Source: a virus. Taken from it: 64,000 bases of DNA. Positions 10,273 through 20,492 of the stretch are shown here, piece by piece; the first letter of the stretch is position 1; the number at the start of each line of letters is the position of its first letter. Where the stretch lies: IMG/VR virus record IMGVR_UViG_3300035145_004174, positions 1 through 64,000 of that record; one strand, 5' to 3'. The position numbers and the translations under genes are program-made. A model generated the notes under the pieces. The model ran no database searches. It saw only the letters and a program-made list of their open reading frames with translations, and was not told the origin of the DNA.

Positions 10273-11046
10273 ATGAAAACCTCCTTGGTCGTCGGCATTA
10301 AAAATAGAACATCTCATTTTTTACAAACCTTTCCTTTCATGATATCTCAAATTGGTCAGGATTATGAGCTTGTAATAGTCGACTTTCATTCGGAGGATGA
10401 ACTTTTGCAATTGTTCCAAAAAGAATGTAGGCTTAGAAAAGATACGGTGTCAAAAAATTTAAAAGAAATAAAGTATGTTAAAGTAAATGAAAATTTAAAA
10501 TACAACCCAAATAAAGTAAAAAACTTAGGAGCAAAAATAAGTTCTGGTGAAAAAATTGCATTTACTGATGCTGATGTATTTTTATCAATGGACTATTTAT
10601 CTTTCTGGTCTAATAAAGTAAAAGAAAAAAAGACATTCCTGGCTACTAGATTTCAAGAAACTAGAGTTTCTTTAGCGAAAAGAATTTCGCCAGAGATTAA
10701 CTATGGAAACATAATCGTTTCTTCAAAAGATTTTTATGAAATTGGTGGTTGGAATGAATCAATGGTTAAATGGGGGGGCGACGACGATGACCTTTGCCAT
10801 AGATTAAAGCTATACGGTCTTAGAGAAATCAACCCAACAGACCCTCAAGATTCTAGACATTACTCAATATTACATGGGGATGATTTAAGACTAGCAGAAC
10901 TCGAAGTTCCAGAAAAACACAACGCTGACCCCGAATTGGGCGAAACAATATTCCAAAGAGTTTTTTCTAATACTAATTTTCTAAACAATAATAATTGTTT
11001 TTTTAAATATAAAAATTATAATATAACCACCATTAATTTTAATTAA
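10273..11046 (+). CDS. Glycosyltransferase GT2/GT7-like
   Basis: FTDAD, GGWNE....WGGDDDDL. Confidence 0.85.
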   Translation: MKTSLVVGIKNRTSHFLQTFPFMISQIGQDYELVIVDFHSEDELLQLFQKECRLRKDTVSKNLKEIKYVKVNENLKYNPNKVKNLGAKISSGEKIAFTDADVFLSMDYLSFWSNKVKEKKTFLATRFQETRVSLAKRISPEINYGNIIVSSKDFYEIGGWNESMVKWGGDDDDLCHRLKLYGLREINPTDPQDSRHYSILHGDDLRLAELEVPEKHNADPELGETIFQRVFSNTNFLNNNNCFFKYKNYNITTINFN

Positions 11047-11059
11047 AACCATCAATAAG

Positions 11060-11677
11060 ATGAATGCAGATGTTTCAATAGTAATTACTAATTACAATTA
11101 TTCTAAATACATACAAAGATGCTTAAGAAGCTGTATAAATCAGAAGTATGTAAATCATGATGTAATTGTTGTTGATGATTGCTCTACGGACAATTCTATA
11201 GAAAAACTTTCCCCCTTTCTTGAAGATATAAAACTTTACAAAACTGATCAGAATTCTGGAGTTGCTGCTGCTGCTAATTTGGGTGTAGAGAAATCAAAGT
11301 CTCAGTTTTTTATTCGCGTGGATGCTGATGATTTTATCACTAGTAATATGTGCTACATCATGAAAGAGTATCTTGAAGCTAATAATGATTGTTTTTGTGT
11401 GTCTTGCGACTACTATATGGTAAATAATGGAGAAGAAGTCGTTGAAAGAAAGTATGCCGAAGTAGATGATATATCTTGCGGAATTATGTACAGAAGAGAT
11501 TTGTTCTTAGATTTAGGTGGTTATAATCCTGATATGAGACACAAAGAAGAAAGAGAATTAAGAAAAAGATTAGGATTGGAATATAAAATAGATCATTTAA
11601 AAATTCCATTTTATAGATATAGAATGCATGATTCTAATAAAACTAAATCTAAAGAGTATGAACAAACAAAAGTATGA
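11060..11677 (+). CDS. Glycosyltransferase family 2
   Basis: VSIVITNYN, VVDDCSTD, VDADD, YRYRMH. Confidence 0.92.
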   Translation: MNADVSIVITNYNYSKYIQRCLRSCINQKYVNHDVIVVDDCSTDNSIEKLSPFLEDIKLYKTDQNSGVAAAANLGVEKSKSQFFIRVDADDFITSNMCYIMKEYLEANNDCFCVSCDYYMVNNGEEVVERKYAEVDDISCGIMYRRDLFLDLGGYNPDMRHKEERELRKRLGLEYKIDHLKIPFYRYRMHDSNKTKSKEYEQTKV

Positions 11678-11815
11678 AAAAGGTTTTATTCGATTTAACA
11701 CAAAGTTCCAGTTGGGGAGATAAATCTCAAATGCTTTCCTGGATTTGCTGGTATAGCAAACAAGGTTGGCCCCTGGGAAGTAAATCTATCAAAACTTAAA
11801 AAAAAAATAAATTAA
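11674..11815 (+). pseudogene. Probable internally deleted gene remnant (41 aa ORF plus out-of-frame tail)
   Basis: ATGA-coupled ORF 11674-11799 MKKVLFDLTQSSSWGDKSQMLSWICWY resembles a GT-B N-terminus; another frame reads VGPWEVNLSKLKKKIN* to 11815. Confidence 0.35.
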
Positions 11816-11852
11816 TACTAGATTTTATTTTATATAAATGTATCATAAGGTA

Positions 11853-12755
11853 ATGGATATAACACTAGGAGTCATAGGAAATGGATTTGTAGGATCAGCG
11901 GTGGTTCATGGCTTTAATCATTTTGTTAAAAGCGTTAAAGTTTTTGATAAAGATCAAAATAAAAGATCCCATTCTCTTCAAGAAACTTTAGGTCAAGATA
12001 TTGTATTTGTATGCCTTCCTACTCCAATGTCTCTTTCTGAAGATGGCAAGTGCGATCTTTCTATTCTTGAATCTTTTTTTTCTGAAGTTTCTGGCCTTTC
12101 CCCCGATTGTATTTTCGTAATAAAGTCTACTGTTCCAGTAGGAACAACTTCAATACTTCAAAAACAGTATGATAAATTAAAAATTTTACATTCTCCTGAG
12201 TTCCTTACCGCGAGAACATCTCTTTTAGATTTCATAACCCCCTCTAGGAATATAATAGGTTACCCAAAAGAGTTTTACTCTAACATGCATTCTATCCCTA
12301 ATAAAGTTGTGGAGCTTTTTGAAAAAAGATTTCCAGGAGTAAAAACATTATTAATGAATAGTGACTCTACAGAAATGATCAAGTATGTAGCTAATTGTTT
12401 TTTTGCCACTAAAATTAGTTATTTTAATGAAGTCAAATTGCTTTGCGATAAATTAGATTTAGACTATGAAGAAATTCTTGAAGGGGTTCTTTCTGATGGT
12501 AGGATTGGAATAAGTCACTATCAAGTCCCAGGGCATGATGGTAAACTCGGTTTTGGGGGAACATGCTTTCCTAAAGATATAAACTCTTTTATAAATTTAA
12601 TGAAGCTTAATGGGATAGACCCTAAAGTTCTTCAATCTGTTTGGGATAGGAATGTTTCAGTTAGACCAGAGAAGGATTGGGAGAAATTTTCAGCAGCTGT
12701 ATCTACGGGAACTGAGGAATTTGATTTATCTGGCTGTGGGCATGATCATATTTAA
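11853..12755 (+). CDS. ugd: UDP-glucose/GDP-mannose dehydrogenase family (short form)
   Basis: GNGFVG, CLPTP, IKSTVPVGT, SPEFL, KYVANCF, GFGGTCFPKD. Confidence 0.9.
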   Translation: MDITLGVIGNGFVGSAVVHGFNHFVKSVKVFDKDQNKRSHSLQETLGQDIVFVCLPTPMSLSEDGKCDLSILESFFSEVSGLSPDCIFVIKSTVPVGTTSILQKQYDKLKILHSPEFLTARTSLLDFITPSRNIIGYPKEFYSNMHSIPNKVVELFEKRFPGVKTLLMNSDSTEMIKYVANCFFATKISYFNEVKLLCDKLDLDYEEILEGVLSDGRIGISHYQVPGHDGKLGFGGTCFPKDINSFINLMKLNGIDPKVLQSVWDRNVSVRPEKDWEKFSAAVSTGTEEFDLSGCGHDHI

Positions 12756-12776
12756 TAAATAATTAAAACAAAAAAA

Positions 12777-13709
12777 ATGAAATATACAGTAATTGGAGGA
12801 GCTGGCTTTATAGGAAGCCATTTGGTTGATAAACTTTTAGATCTTGGACACGAAGTGGTTGTCTTGGATAATTTGTCTAGCGGTAAGGCTGAGAATGTTA
12901 ATAAAAGAGCTAAATTACACAGAGTTAATATAGAGCTTTTGGGAACTCCTCTTTCTGAAAAAATAGATGCATATAAAAATGCAATAATGGATGCCGCAGG
13001 TTCAGACGCCATTTTTCATTTAGCGGCTAAAGCCAGAGTTCAGCCTTCTATTGAAGACCCTGTTGGTTATAATAAACATAATGTAAATGGAACACTATCA
13101 GCTCTAGAACTTTGCAAAAATTTAGAGGTAAGAAGATTTATTTACAGTGCGAGTTCTTCTGCATATGGAGATGCTAGTGTTTTTCCTACTCCAGAAGATC
13201 ATCCCACGAATCCACAAAGCCCTTATGGATTACAAAAGCTTATAGGTGAAGAGTATTGTAAAGTTTATAGTAAATGCTACGGGATAGATACTGTATCTCT
13301 TAGATATTTTAATGTTTATGGAGACAGATTTTCCAGCGATGGTGACTACGCTTTAGTTTTGGCAATTTTTTTAAAACAAAAAATGTATAAAAAAGCTTTG
13401 ACTATTACTGGAGACGGAACTCAAAAAAGAGACTTTACTTTTGTCGGAGATGTTGTCAATGCAAATATTTTAGCTATGGAATCTTCTAATAAATTTAATG
13501 GAGATGTTATTAATATAGGTAATGGTGATAATGTTTCTATAAATGAAGTTGCGGATTTAATTGGGGGAGAAAAAAAATATATCGAAGCTAGGCAAGAACC
13601 TAAAGAAACTCTAGCTGACAGGTCTAAAGCTAAAGAGCTACTCGGGTGGGAGCCAAGCATGACACTACAGCAATGGATCCCTAAGTATCTTAAGCAAGAA
13701 GGTCTATAA
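12777..13709 (+). CDS. NAD-dependent nucleotide-sugar epimerase/dehydratase
   Basis: GGAGFIGSH, HLAA, SSSAYG, YGLQK, LRYFNVYG, RDF. Confidence 0.93.
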   Translation: MKYTVIGGAGFIGSHLVDKLLDLGHEVVVLDNLSSGKAENVNKRAKLHRVNIELLGTPLSEKIDAYKNAIMDAAGSDAIFHLAAKARVQPSIEDPVGYNKHNVNGTLSALELCKNLEVRRFIYSASSSAYGDASVFPTPEDHPTNPQSPYGLQKLIGEEYCKVYSKCYGIDTVSLRYFNVYGDRFSSDGDYALVLAIFLKQKMYKKALTITGDGTQKRDFTFVGDVVNANILAMESSNKFNGDVINIGNGDNVSINEVADLIGGEKKYIEARQEPKETLADRSKAKELLGWEPSMTLQQWIPKYLKQEGL

Positions 13710-13723
13710 AAATTTTTTAATTT

Positions 13724-14785
13724 ATGAAAAAAATAATTATAACTGGAGTTACTGGTCAAGATGGTAGTCATATGGCCGATTTCTTAATCAAGAAGTTAGA
13801 GCTAGATTTAGATGACATAGATTTTAAAATTTATGGTGCTGTAAGGAGACTTAGTGTAAAGAATCATGAAAACATTCTCCACTTAGAAAATAATCCTTAT
13901 TTTGAATTGATCGATATGGATTTGAACGATGCTCATAGTATTAGAGATGTCATTATTGATATTCAGCCAGACTATTTTATTAATTTTGCTGCTCAGTCTT
14001 TCGTGGCTGGTAGTTGGAAATATCCCATACAGACCTGGGGCACTGATGCTGATGCCGTTTTACATATACTTGAATCTATAAGAAGATTCGCACCTTCTTG
14101 TCGTTTTTATAATGCTGGATCTTCTGAAGAATTTGGTGATGTCATTTATAGCCCTCAAGACCAAAAACATCCACTAAGGCCTCAATCTCCCTACGGAGCA
14201 GCCAAGTGTGCGGCTAGGCATATAGTCAGAGTCTATAGAGAATCTTATGATTTATATGCGGTTCAGGGTTGGCTGTTTAATCACGAAGGAGTTAGGAGAG
14301 GCTTGGACTTTGTAACTAGAAAAATTTCCTATAATGTAGCTAAGTTTAAAGTTGAATCAGATAAAAATTTAAAGACCACCCCTTTTCAGCTTGGAAACCT
14401 TGAAGCTCAAAGAGACTGGAGTGATGCTGAAGATTTTATGGATGGAGTTTGGCTTATGCTTAACCAAGAAAAACCAAAAAATTATGTGTTAGCTAGTGGG
14501 GAAATGCATACAATAAGAAGCTTTTTAGAAAAAACTTTAGATAGAGCCTCTATTGATTTTTATAAAACGGGATCAGGTTCTAATGAAAAATATTTCTGCA
14601 AAAAAACAAACAATTTGATAATGAATGTGGATGAAAAATTCTATAGACCAGCTGAGGTTCATGAGCTTTGCGGAGATCCATCTTCAGCGGAATCTGAATT
14701 AGGATGGGTAAGGAAAACTGACTTCACTGGTCTTGTTAATAAAATGTTTGATTCCGACTATTCCAAATTAAGTGAAAAAATCTGA
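13724..14785 (+). CDS. gmd: GDP-mannose 4,6-dehydratase
   Basis: ITGVTGQDGS, AAQSFV, SPYGAAK, FNHE..RG.DFVTRKI, RPAEV. Confidence 0.96.
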   Translation: MKKIIITGVTGQDGSHMADFLIKKLELDLDDIDFKIYGAVRRLSVKNHENILHLENNPYFELIDMDLNDAHSIRDVIIDIQPDYFINFAAQSFVAGSWKYPIQTWGTDADAVLHILESIRRFAPSCRFYNAGSSEEFGDVIYSPQDQKHPLRPQSPYGAAKCAARHIVRVYRESYDLYAVQGWLFNHEGVRRGLDFVTRKISYNVAKFKVESDKNLKTTPFQLGNLEAQRDWSDAEDFMDGVWLMLNQEKPKNYVLASGEMHTIRSFLEKTLDRASIDFYKTGSGSNEKYFCKKTNNLIMNVDEKFYRPAEVHELCGDPSSAESELGWVRKTDFTGLVNKMFDSDYSKLSEKI

Positions 14786-15719
14786 ATCTATCTTTGTGGC
14801 TGGCCACAAAGGAATGGTTGGTTCTGCTACCTTAAAAGAATTAAAGAGGCGTGGTTATAATAGTGTAATTACGGCTTCGAAAGAAGAATTAGATTTAAGA
14901 GATTATTCTGAAGTTAAGTCTTTTTTTGATAGATTTAATATAAAAAATGTAATTTTATGCGCTGCTAAGGTAGGAGGTATATTAGCAAACAATAATTATA
15001 GGGCAGATTTCATATCAGATAATCTTTCTATAGGGTCCAACATTGTAAAAGCTTGTCATGAATATTCTGTCTCAAAATTAATTAACCTTGGCTCTTCTTG
15101 CATATATCCTAAAGAAGCTGAAATACCTATAAAAGAAGAGAGTTTACTTACTGGGCTCCTAGAGTACACTAATGAGCCTTATGCTATAGCGAAGATAGCG
15201 ACTCTTAAAATGTGTCAAAGTTTTTACGATCAACATGGTTCTAACTTTTATTCTCTAATGCCTTGTAATCTTTATGGGATAAATGATAATTTTGACTTAA
15301 ACTCCTCTCATGTATTACCAGCTCTTATAAGGAAAGTTCATGAAGCCAAACAAAACAATTTAGATAATGTTATTTTGTGGGGAAGCGGTAAGCCTTTAAG
15401 AGAGTTTCTTTTTTCTGAAGATGTTGCTTCTGCTATAGTTTTCTGTTTGGAAAATGTAAATGCTGAAGATGTTTACTCTCAAGGGATTTCACACTTAAAC
15501 TGTGGTTCCGATGAAGAGTTATCTATAAAAGAGCTGATGCTCAAAATCAAAAAGATAATAGAATATGAAGGCGATATAATTCTTGACCCATCTAAACCCG
15601 ATGGAACTTTTAGAAAAAAAATGGACAACTCAAGAATCAAAAAGCTTGGATTTATTCCGCAAGTCAGCATGGATGAAGGCATTGCAAAAACCTATTCTTG
15701 GTATCTTGAAAATATGTAA
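14772..15719 (+). CDS. fcl: GDP-L-fucose synthase
   Basis: AGHKGMVGS, AAKVGGI.AN, LGSSCIYP, NEPYAIAK, SHVLPAL, KPDG. Confidence 0.96.
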   Translation: MKKSESIFVAGHKGMVGSATLKELKRRGYNSVITASKEELDLRDYSEVKSFFDRFNIKNVILCAAKVGGILANNNYRADFISDNLSIGSNIVKACHEYSVSKLINLGSSCIYPKEAEIPIKEESLLTGLLEYTNEPYAIAKIATLKMCQSFYDQHGSNFYSLMPCNLYGINDNFDLNSSHVLPALIRKVHEAKQNNLDNVILWGSGKPLREFLFSEDVASAIVFCLENVNAEDVYSQGISHLNCGSDEELSIKELMLKIKKIIEYEGDIILDPSKPDGTFRKKMDNSRIKKLGFIPQVSMDEGIAKTYSWYLENM

Positions 15720-15774
15720 GATATTAAGGTTGACTTTATTTGCTTTTGTCCTTAAATTCAATTCATAATTTATT

Positions 15775-15790
15775 TTCGAGAAAACTCGAA
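15775..15790. terminator. Short hairpin between fcl and nrdA
   Basis: TTCGAG-AAAA-CTCGAA. Confidence 0.3.
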
Positions 15791-15838
15791 TTCAACAAAA
15801 TAATTGTGTAATAGAAATAATCCGACCCTAATTTATAT

Positions 15839-18289
15839 ATGGACATAAAAGTTAAGAAAAGAAACGGCAGACTAGAAGATTTTAATGTAGAAAAAATAAA
15901 TACTATAGCACAGAGGGCATGTCACGAGATAGAAGATGTTTCGGCTAGCGAAATTGTCCTAGATGCCCAATTACAGCTATTCGATAAGATTACAACAAGA
16001 GAAATAGATCAAGCTTTAATACTATCAGCAAGAGAAAAGATAGAAAAAGAGCCAAATTACTCTTATGTAGCCTCAAGTTTATTACTTAATACTTTGTACA
16101 AAGAGGTTTTTAATGAAGGTGTAGACTCTGACGTCTTCAAATTACAGTACAGAAAAAGCTTTATACAAAACATTAAGAAGTTAGTAAAATCAAATAGGTT
16201 AGATTCTAGGTTATTGGATTTTGATTTGTCGTTATTATCCGAATCTTTAAAAATTAGAAGAGATAAATCCTTAAAGTATTTAGGTTCTCAAATTTTATTT
16301 GATCGCTACTTCCTAAGACTAGACAACAAGATCATGGAAACGCCTCAGTCTTTTTACATGAGGGTTGCTATGGGTTTAGCTATAAACGAAGAAAATAAGA
16401 ACGAAAAGGCTATAGAATTCTATGACCTTTTAAGTCAGCAATTTTATACTTCTTCGACACCTACATTATTTAACAGCGGAACAACCCATTCCCAGCTTAG
16501 CTCTTGTTATTTGAATACTTTTGATGATAGTATTGATGGTATTTTTGACGGAGCTTGGCAAGAAGCTAGAAAGAGTAAGTATGCTGGCGGACTTGGTTTT
16601 GATGTTACTCCATTTCGATCTACTGGCTCTCATATAGAAGGAACTAATGGGATTTCTAGCGGATTAGTTCCGTGGCTAAAAATTTATAATGACCTTTTGG
16701 TTGCTGTTAACCAAGGTGGTAAGCGTCCAGGAGCTGGTTGTGCATATTTAGAGCCGTGGCATTTAGATTTCGAAGACTTCCTTAATCTTCGAAGAAATAC
16801 TGGAGATGATCGCTTGCGTTGTCACGATATGAATACTGCCTCTTGGATTCCTGATGAATTTATGCGTAGGGTAAAGAACGAAGATGATTGGTATTTCTTT
16901 GATCCAAGCGAGATGACTTACGAAGACGGCAAAACTCTTCACGATTATTTTGGAAAAGATTTTGATGATAAATACAAAGAGGCTTGTCTTGCTGCGGAAT
17001 CTGGAGACGTAAAAAACTTCAGGAAAATCCCCGCTAAAGATTTATGGAGAAAAATGCTTACGGTTTTATTTGAAACATCTCATCCATGGTGTACATTTAA
17101 GGATCCATGTAATATTCGTTATACAAATCAACATGAGGGTTCTGTTCGTAGTAGTAATTTATGCACAGAAATAACTCTCCATACAAAAGCATCTAAATAT
17201 AAAGATGGTGAAAAAATAGAAGTAGGAGAAACTGCTGTTTGTAATTTAGGATCTATTAATTTATTAAACCACCTTAATGACTCAAATAAAATAGACTTTC
17301 AAAAGTTAAAATCATCTATACATACTGCCATAAGAATGTTGGATAATGTTATTGATATAAATTTTTACCCAACTAAAGAGGCTAGTAATTCTAATCTAAG
17401 AAACAGACCAATAGGTTTAGGGATAATGGGATTGCATGATGTCATGCACGTTCAAAACATAAATATTGATAGCGAAGAAGCTGTTTCTTTTAATGATAAA
17501 TTATTTGAATTTTTTAGCTGTGAAGCTATATTAGCTAGTTCTAAATTAGCAAAAGAAAGAGGCGGTTATCAAAATTACGAAGGGTCTTTATGGTCTCAAG
17601 ATATTTTTCCTATCGATAGCTGGAATAATTTATTTTCTTATAGAAATAAAACTAAACCTAAAAAAAATGGAGAAGGCCAATCTTTAAAAAGGTGGGATAT
17701 AGTAAGATCTCATGTTAAAAAACATGGCATGCGAAATAGTAATGTTATGGCTATTGCTCCGACAGCTACTATAGGTTATATAAATGGAGTAGAACAAAGT
17801 ATTGAGCCGAATTTTTCTGTTCTATTTGTTTACGAGAACAAAAGCGGAAACTTCTATATAACAAACCCTCATTTCGTTCAAGATATGAAGGACAGAGGCC
17901 TCTGGAATATTGAAGTCTCCCAGTTGGTCAAAAGTTGTGATGGGGATCTTTCTTTATTAAATGGATCTATACCAGAAGACTTGAAGAATAAATACAAAAC
18001 ATGCTTTGATCGAGACATGTTTAAATTAATAGAATGTAATTCTGTTCGTCAAAAATGGATAGACCAAGCTATTAGCTTTAACCTTTACAATAAAACTGTC
18101 TCTAAAAAATATCTTAACGATCTCTATATGGCGTGTTGGGACTCTGGATTAAAAACTACTTATTATTTAAGAAACAGAGCGGCATCAAAAGTGGAGAAAT
18201 CCACAGGGTCTACTTCTACCACTACTGAGGCTAGCGCATGCAGTATTGAAGCTATGAAAAATGGAGAGGTTTGCGATTCTTGTCAATGA
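15839..18289 (+). CDS. nrdA: Class I ribonucleotide reductase alpha subunit with ATP cone
   Basis: VKKRNG ATP cone, TPTLFN, SSCY, SSNLCTEI, VCNLGS, APTA, KTTYYLR, C-terminal CxxC. Confidence 0.97.
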   Translation: MDIKVKKRNGRLEDFNVEKINTIAQRACHEIEDVSASEIVLDAQLQLFDKITTREIDQALILSAREKIEKEPNYSYVASSLLLNTLYKEVFNEGVDSDVFKLQYRKSFIQNIKKLVKSNRLDSRLLDFDLSLLSESLKIRRDKSLKYLGSQILFDRYFLRLDNKIMETPQSFYMRVAMGLAINEENKNEKAIEFYDLLSQQFYTSSTPTLFNSGTTHSQLSSCYLNTFDDSIDGIFDGAWQEARKSKYAGGLGFDVTPFRSTGSHIEGTNGISSGLVPWLKIYNDLLVAVNQGGKRPGAGCAYLEPWHLDFEDFLNLRRNTGDDRLRCHDMNTASWIPDEFMRRVKNEDDWYFFDPSEMTYEDGKTLHDYFGKDFDDKYKEACLAAESGDVKNFRKIPAKDLWRKMLTVLFETSHPWCTFKDPCNIRYTNQHEGSVRSSNLCTEITLHTKASKYKDGEKIEVGETAVCNLGSINLLNHLNDSNKIDFQKLKSSIHTAIRMLDNVIDINFYPTKEASNSNLRNRPIGLGIMGLHDVMHVQNINIDSEEAVSFNDKLFEFFSCEAILASSKLAKERGGYQNYEGSLWSQDIFPIDSWNNLFSYRNKTKPKKNGEGQSLKRWDIVRSHVKKHGMRNSNVMAIAPTATIGYINGVEQSIEPNFSVLFVYENKSGNFYITNPHFVQDMKDRGLWNIEVSQLVKSCDGDLSLLNGSIPEDLKNKYKTCFDRDMFKLIECNSVRQKWIDQAISFNLYNKTVSKKYLNDLYMACWDSGLKTTYYLRNRAASKVEKSTGSTSTTTEASACSIEAMKNGEVCDSCQ

Positions 18290-18726
18290 TTGACCCTGTA
18301 AAAAGAGCTTCTGGTGTAAGTATTGTTTGTGGCGATCAAATATTACTAGGCAAAAGATGCCTAGAATGGGAAGGAAAACCTATTACTCTTGGGGGTTATT
18401 GGAGTATATTCGGAGGGTCCATAGAAGAAGGTGAGAACTCTATGATTTGTGCGATTAGAGAGTTGAAAGAAGAAACGGGTATAGATGTTCCATTTCACTC
18501 ATTATCTTATGTTAAAGATATTTATAACGAAACTATATGCGGTAGCATTACTCGTTTTTCTGTTTATATTGCTGGACTCCTCTACCAACCAGATATCTTC
18601 CTTAATGATGAACACACAGATTACATCTGGTTTGATATTAAAAAAATCGACGACTTTCCATACAAAATCAAGCCAGACTTAGTTGATTGCATTAAAATGT
18701 ATTTCAATAAGAGGTATATTGAATAA
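18286..18726 (+). CDS. NUDIX hydrolase
   Basis: GGSIEEGENSMICAIRELKEETG Nudix box; LNDEHTDY.W. Confidence 0.92.
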   Translation: MIDPVKRASGVSIVCGDQILLGKRCLEWEGKPITLGGYWSIFGGSIEEGENSMICAIRELKEETGIDVPFHSLSYVKDIYNETICGSITRFSVYIAGLLYQPDIFLNDEHTDYIWFDIKKIDDFPYKIKPDLVDCIKMYFNKRYIE

Positions 18727-18787
18727 TTTTTTTTGAAAAAACCTAAATATTTTTTATTATAAATTTAATTCTAACCAAAAAAATATC

Positions 18788-18979
18788 ATGATCCAATTTT
18801 ATAACGTTAAAAAGAAAGAAAAAGTCGAAATTTCAGAAGATAGAGTTGAGAGAAAAACCTACGAAAAAGTTTCGAAAGCTGGAAAGCTTACAATTAGATA
18901 TGCTCTTGCTGCGATAGATGAAGACGGAACAAAGTTAACTAAATTCTGCAGCAAGGATGTCTACGACAGCCTTGGTTAA
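18788..18979 (+). CDS. Small basic protein, possibly CC1-like nucleic-acid binding
   Basis: 63 aa, Lys-rich; FYNVKKK...YALAA...GTKLTKF; sigma70-like promoter upstream. Confidence 0.6.
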   Translation: MIQFYNVKKKEKVEISEDRVERKTYEKVSKAGKLTIRYALAAIDEDGTKLTKFCSKDVYDSLG

Positions 18980-19413
18980 TGGGCCCAATTCTAAATACTA
19001 TATTGGGTGCGGGAATTAAACTCGCATGTAATTTGATAAACTCCTGGCTGGAGCAAAAAAGGCAAGACCAAATGATGCTTGCCGCCAGAGACAGCGCAAT
19101 GCTTGATGCCATGATTAAAAATCAAGCTGCCCAAGCCAGCGACCCCTTTGTTAAGACTACAAGGAGAATATTGTTTATGTCTATTACATTTACAATGTGT
19201 TATCTTATGTTGTATTATGCTCACAACCCAACCATTAGTTATGATATAATAGTGCCTCGTGGAGATGGAGCTAAATGGGGTTTCTTTAGCTGGATATTTG
19301 GAGGTAAAGACTGGGAAGTTGTTACATTAACTGGAGGGCTGATGCTTAGTTCTTTTATAGATTTATGTTTTATGGTTGTCGGATTCTATGCTATTCCTAG
19401 CAAGAAGAGATGA
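18979..19413 (+). CDS. Membrane protein, possible holin (3TM GTA-holin-like)
   Basis: Hydrophobic segments after DPFVKTTRR, basic C-terminus. Confidence 0.5.
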   Translation: MGPILNTILGAGIKLACNLINSWLEQKRQDQMMLAARDSAMLDAMIKNQAAQASDPFVKTTRRILFMSITFTMCYLMLYYAHNPTISYDIIVPRGDGAKWGFFSWIFGGKDWEVVTLTGGLMLSSFIDLCFMVVGFYAIPSKKR

Positions 19414-19417
19414 TTTT

Positions 19418-19431
19418 GTGTAATATTCTAC
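19418..19431 (+). promoter_or_regulatory. GTGTA-N9-ATG putative phage promoter
   Basis: GTGTA atattctac ATG; same spacing at 29168. Confidence 0.45.
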
Positions 19432-20490
19432 ATGAACTTTATTGATTTAAAAAACGAGATTCACCGTGCAAGCAAGTCTGAATTTATCAGTCAACGCGCT
19501 ACTTGGGTATCTAATATCAAAACTTTACTCGCTAATGCATCAGAGGCAGACATTGAATACTTCAGGAATCATGTTGGCAGAGAGTTGTTTAGAAAAGCAA
19601 ACTTATTTGACGATGCATCTTTTATAAAAGATGATTTTGACTCTGGGTTTCGTCCTAGAAGAGTCGATCCAATTACGGGATTAAATGGAAAGATTATCTC
19701 ATGGTACGATGCATCAGATTCTAGTTCTCACGACCTAGATTCTCAAAACAGAATTCTAAAAGCTTATGATAAAGCTGGATCCTTTGATTTATCTACTAAC
19801 AAAGGGATAGACAGAACCCCGACAATTGATCCTTTAAAATTTGATGACGGAAGATTAAGAAATACTTTCTTTTTTAATAGAGGAGAGGGGCATGATAATT
19901 GTTTGTTCAGGAGTTATGATTTTTCTCATAACTTTAGCTCAGCTGGTGAATTAAATATGCTCATTGTTGTACATCATATGGAATCTAATCCAGGAGATCA
20001 AGATTCTCAAGATTTTATTTTTGAAGCTGCTCAAAACGGCAGGCATGATACGGGAAGCCCTAGGTTTTTTCTTAGAAAAGGTGGTGAAAATGGAAGCGAT
20101 GGATCTTTTAATAATGCAGGGCTTGGAGGCGCAATTAGTTTCAATGAAACACAAGCTGGATTACAGCTAGATAACCCCGTTAATTTACTACTTAACATTC
20201 ATCTCAAAAACGGTTCTCAAGCATTACGATTAAATGGTACTGAAATTAAAACATCAACTAATGCTACTGTAGTCAACATAACCAACGAACCTATAAATGG
20301 TAGTGGTAACGGAGGTGGAGGAATCTACTGGGGAAGCAATATCTATGGAGGACAGACTTTAGAAGGTGGATTTGGCGAGATAATATTGTACAATGATTTT
20401 TCAGGAGATGGAGAGTTCCTAGAATCTTATCTTGCTAAGAAGTGGGGCTTCAATATCCCCACCCCTAAACATTTTAAAACATTTGTGTAG
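19432..20490 (+). CDS. LamG/concanavalin A-like domain protein, likely virion-associated
   Basis: WYDASD start of domain and GEIILYN...ESYLAKKWG end. Confidence 0.65.
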   Translation: MNFIDLKNEIHRASKSEFISQRATWVSNIKTLLANASEADIEYFRNHVGRELFRKANLFDDASFIKDDFDSGFRPRRVDPITGLNGKIISWYDASDSSSHDLDSQNRILKAYDKAGSFDLSTNKGIDRTPTIDPLKFDDGRLRNTFFFNRGEGHDNCLFRSYDFSHNFSSAGELNMLIVVHHMESNPGDQDSQDFIFEAAQNGRHDTGSPRFFLRKGGENGSDGSFNNAGLGGAISFNETQAGLQLDNPVNLLLNIHLKNGSQALRLNGTEIKTSTNATVVNITNEPINGSGNGGGGIYWGSNIYGGQTLEGGFGEIILYNDFSGDGEFLESYLAKKWGFNIPTPKHFKTFV

Positions 20491-20492
20491 TT

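Noticed and set aside
11853-12755. Short Ugd as a pseudogene
   Set aside because: Catalytic GGTCFPKD and NAD-binding motifs are intact with no frameshifted continuation; short forms lacking the C-terminal domain are plausible functional variants.
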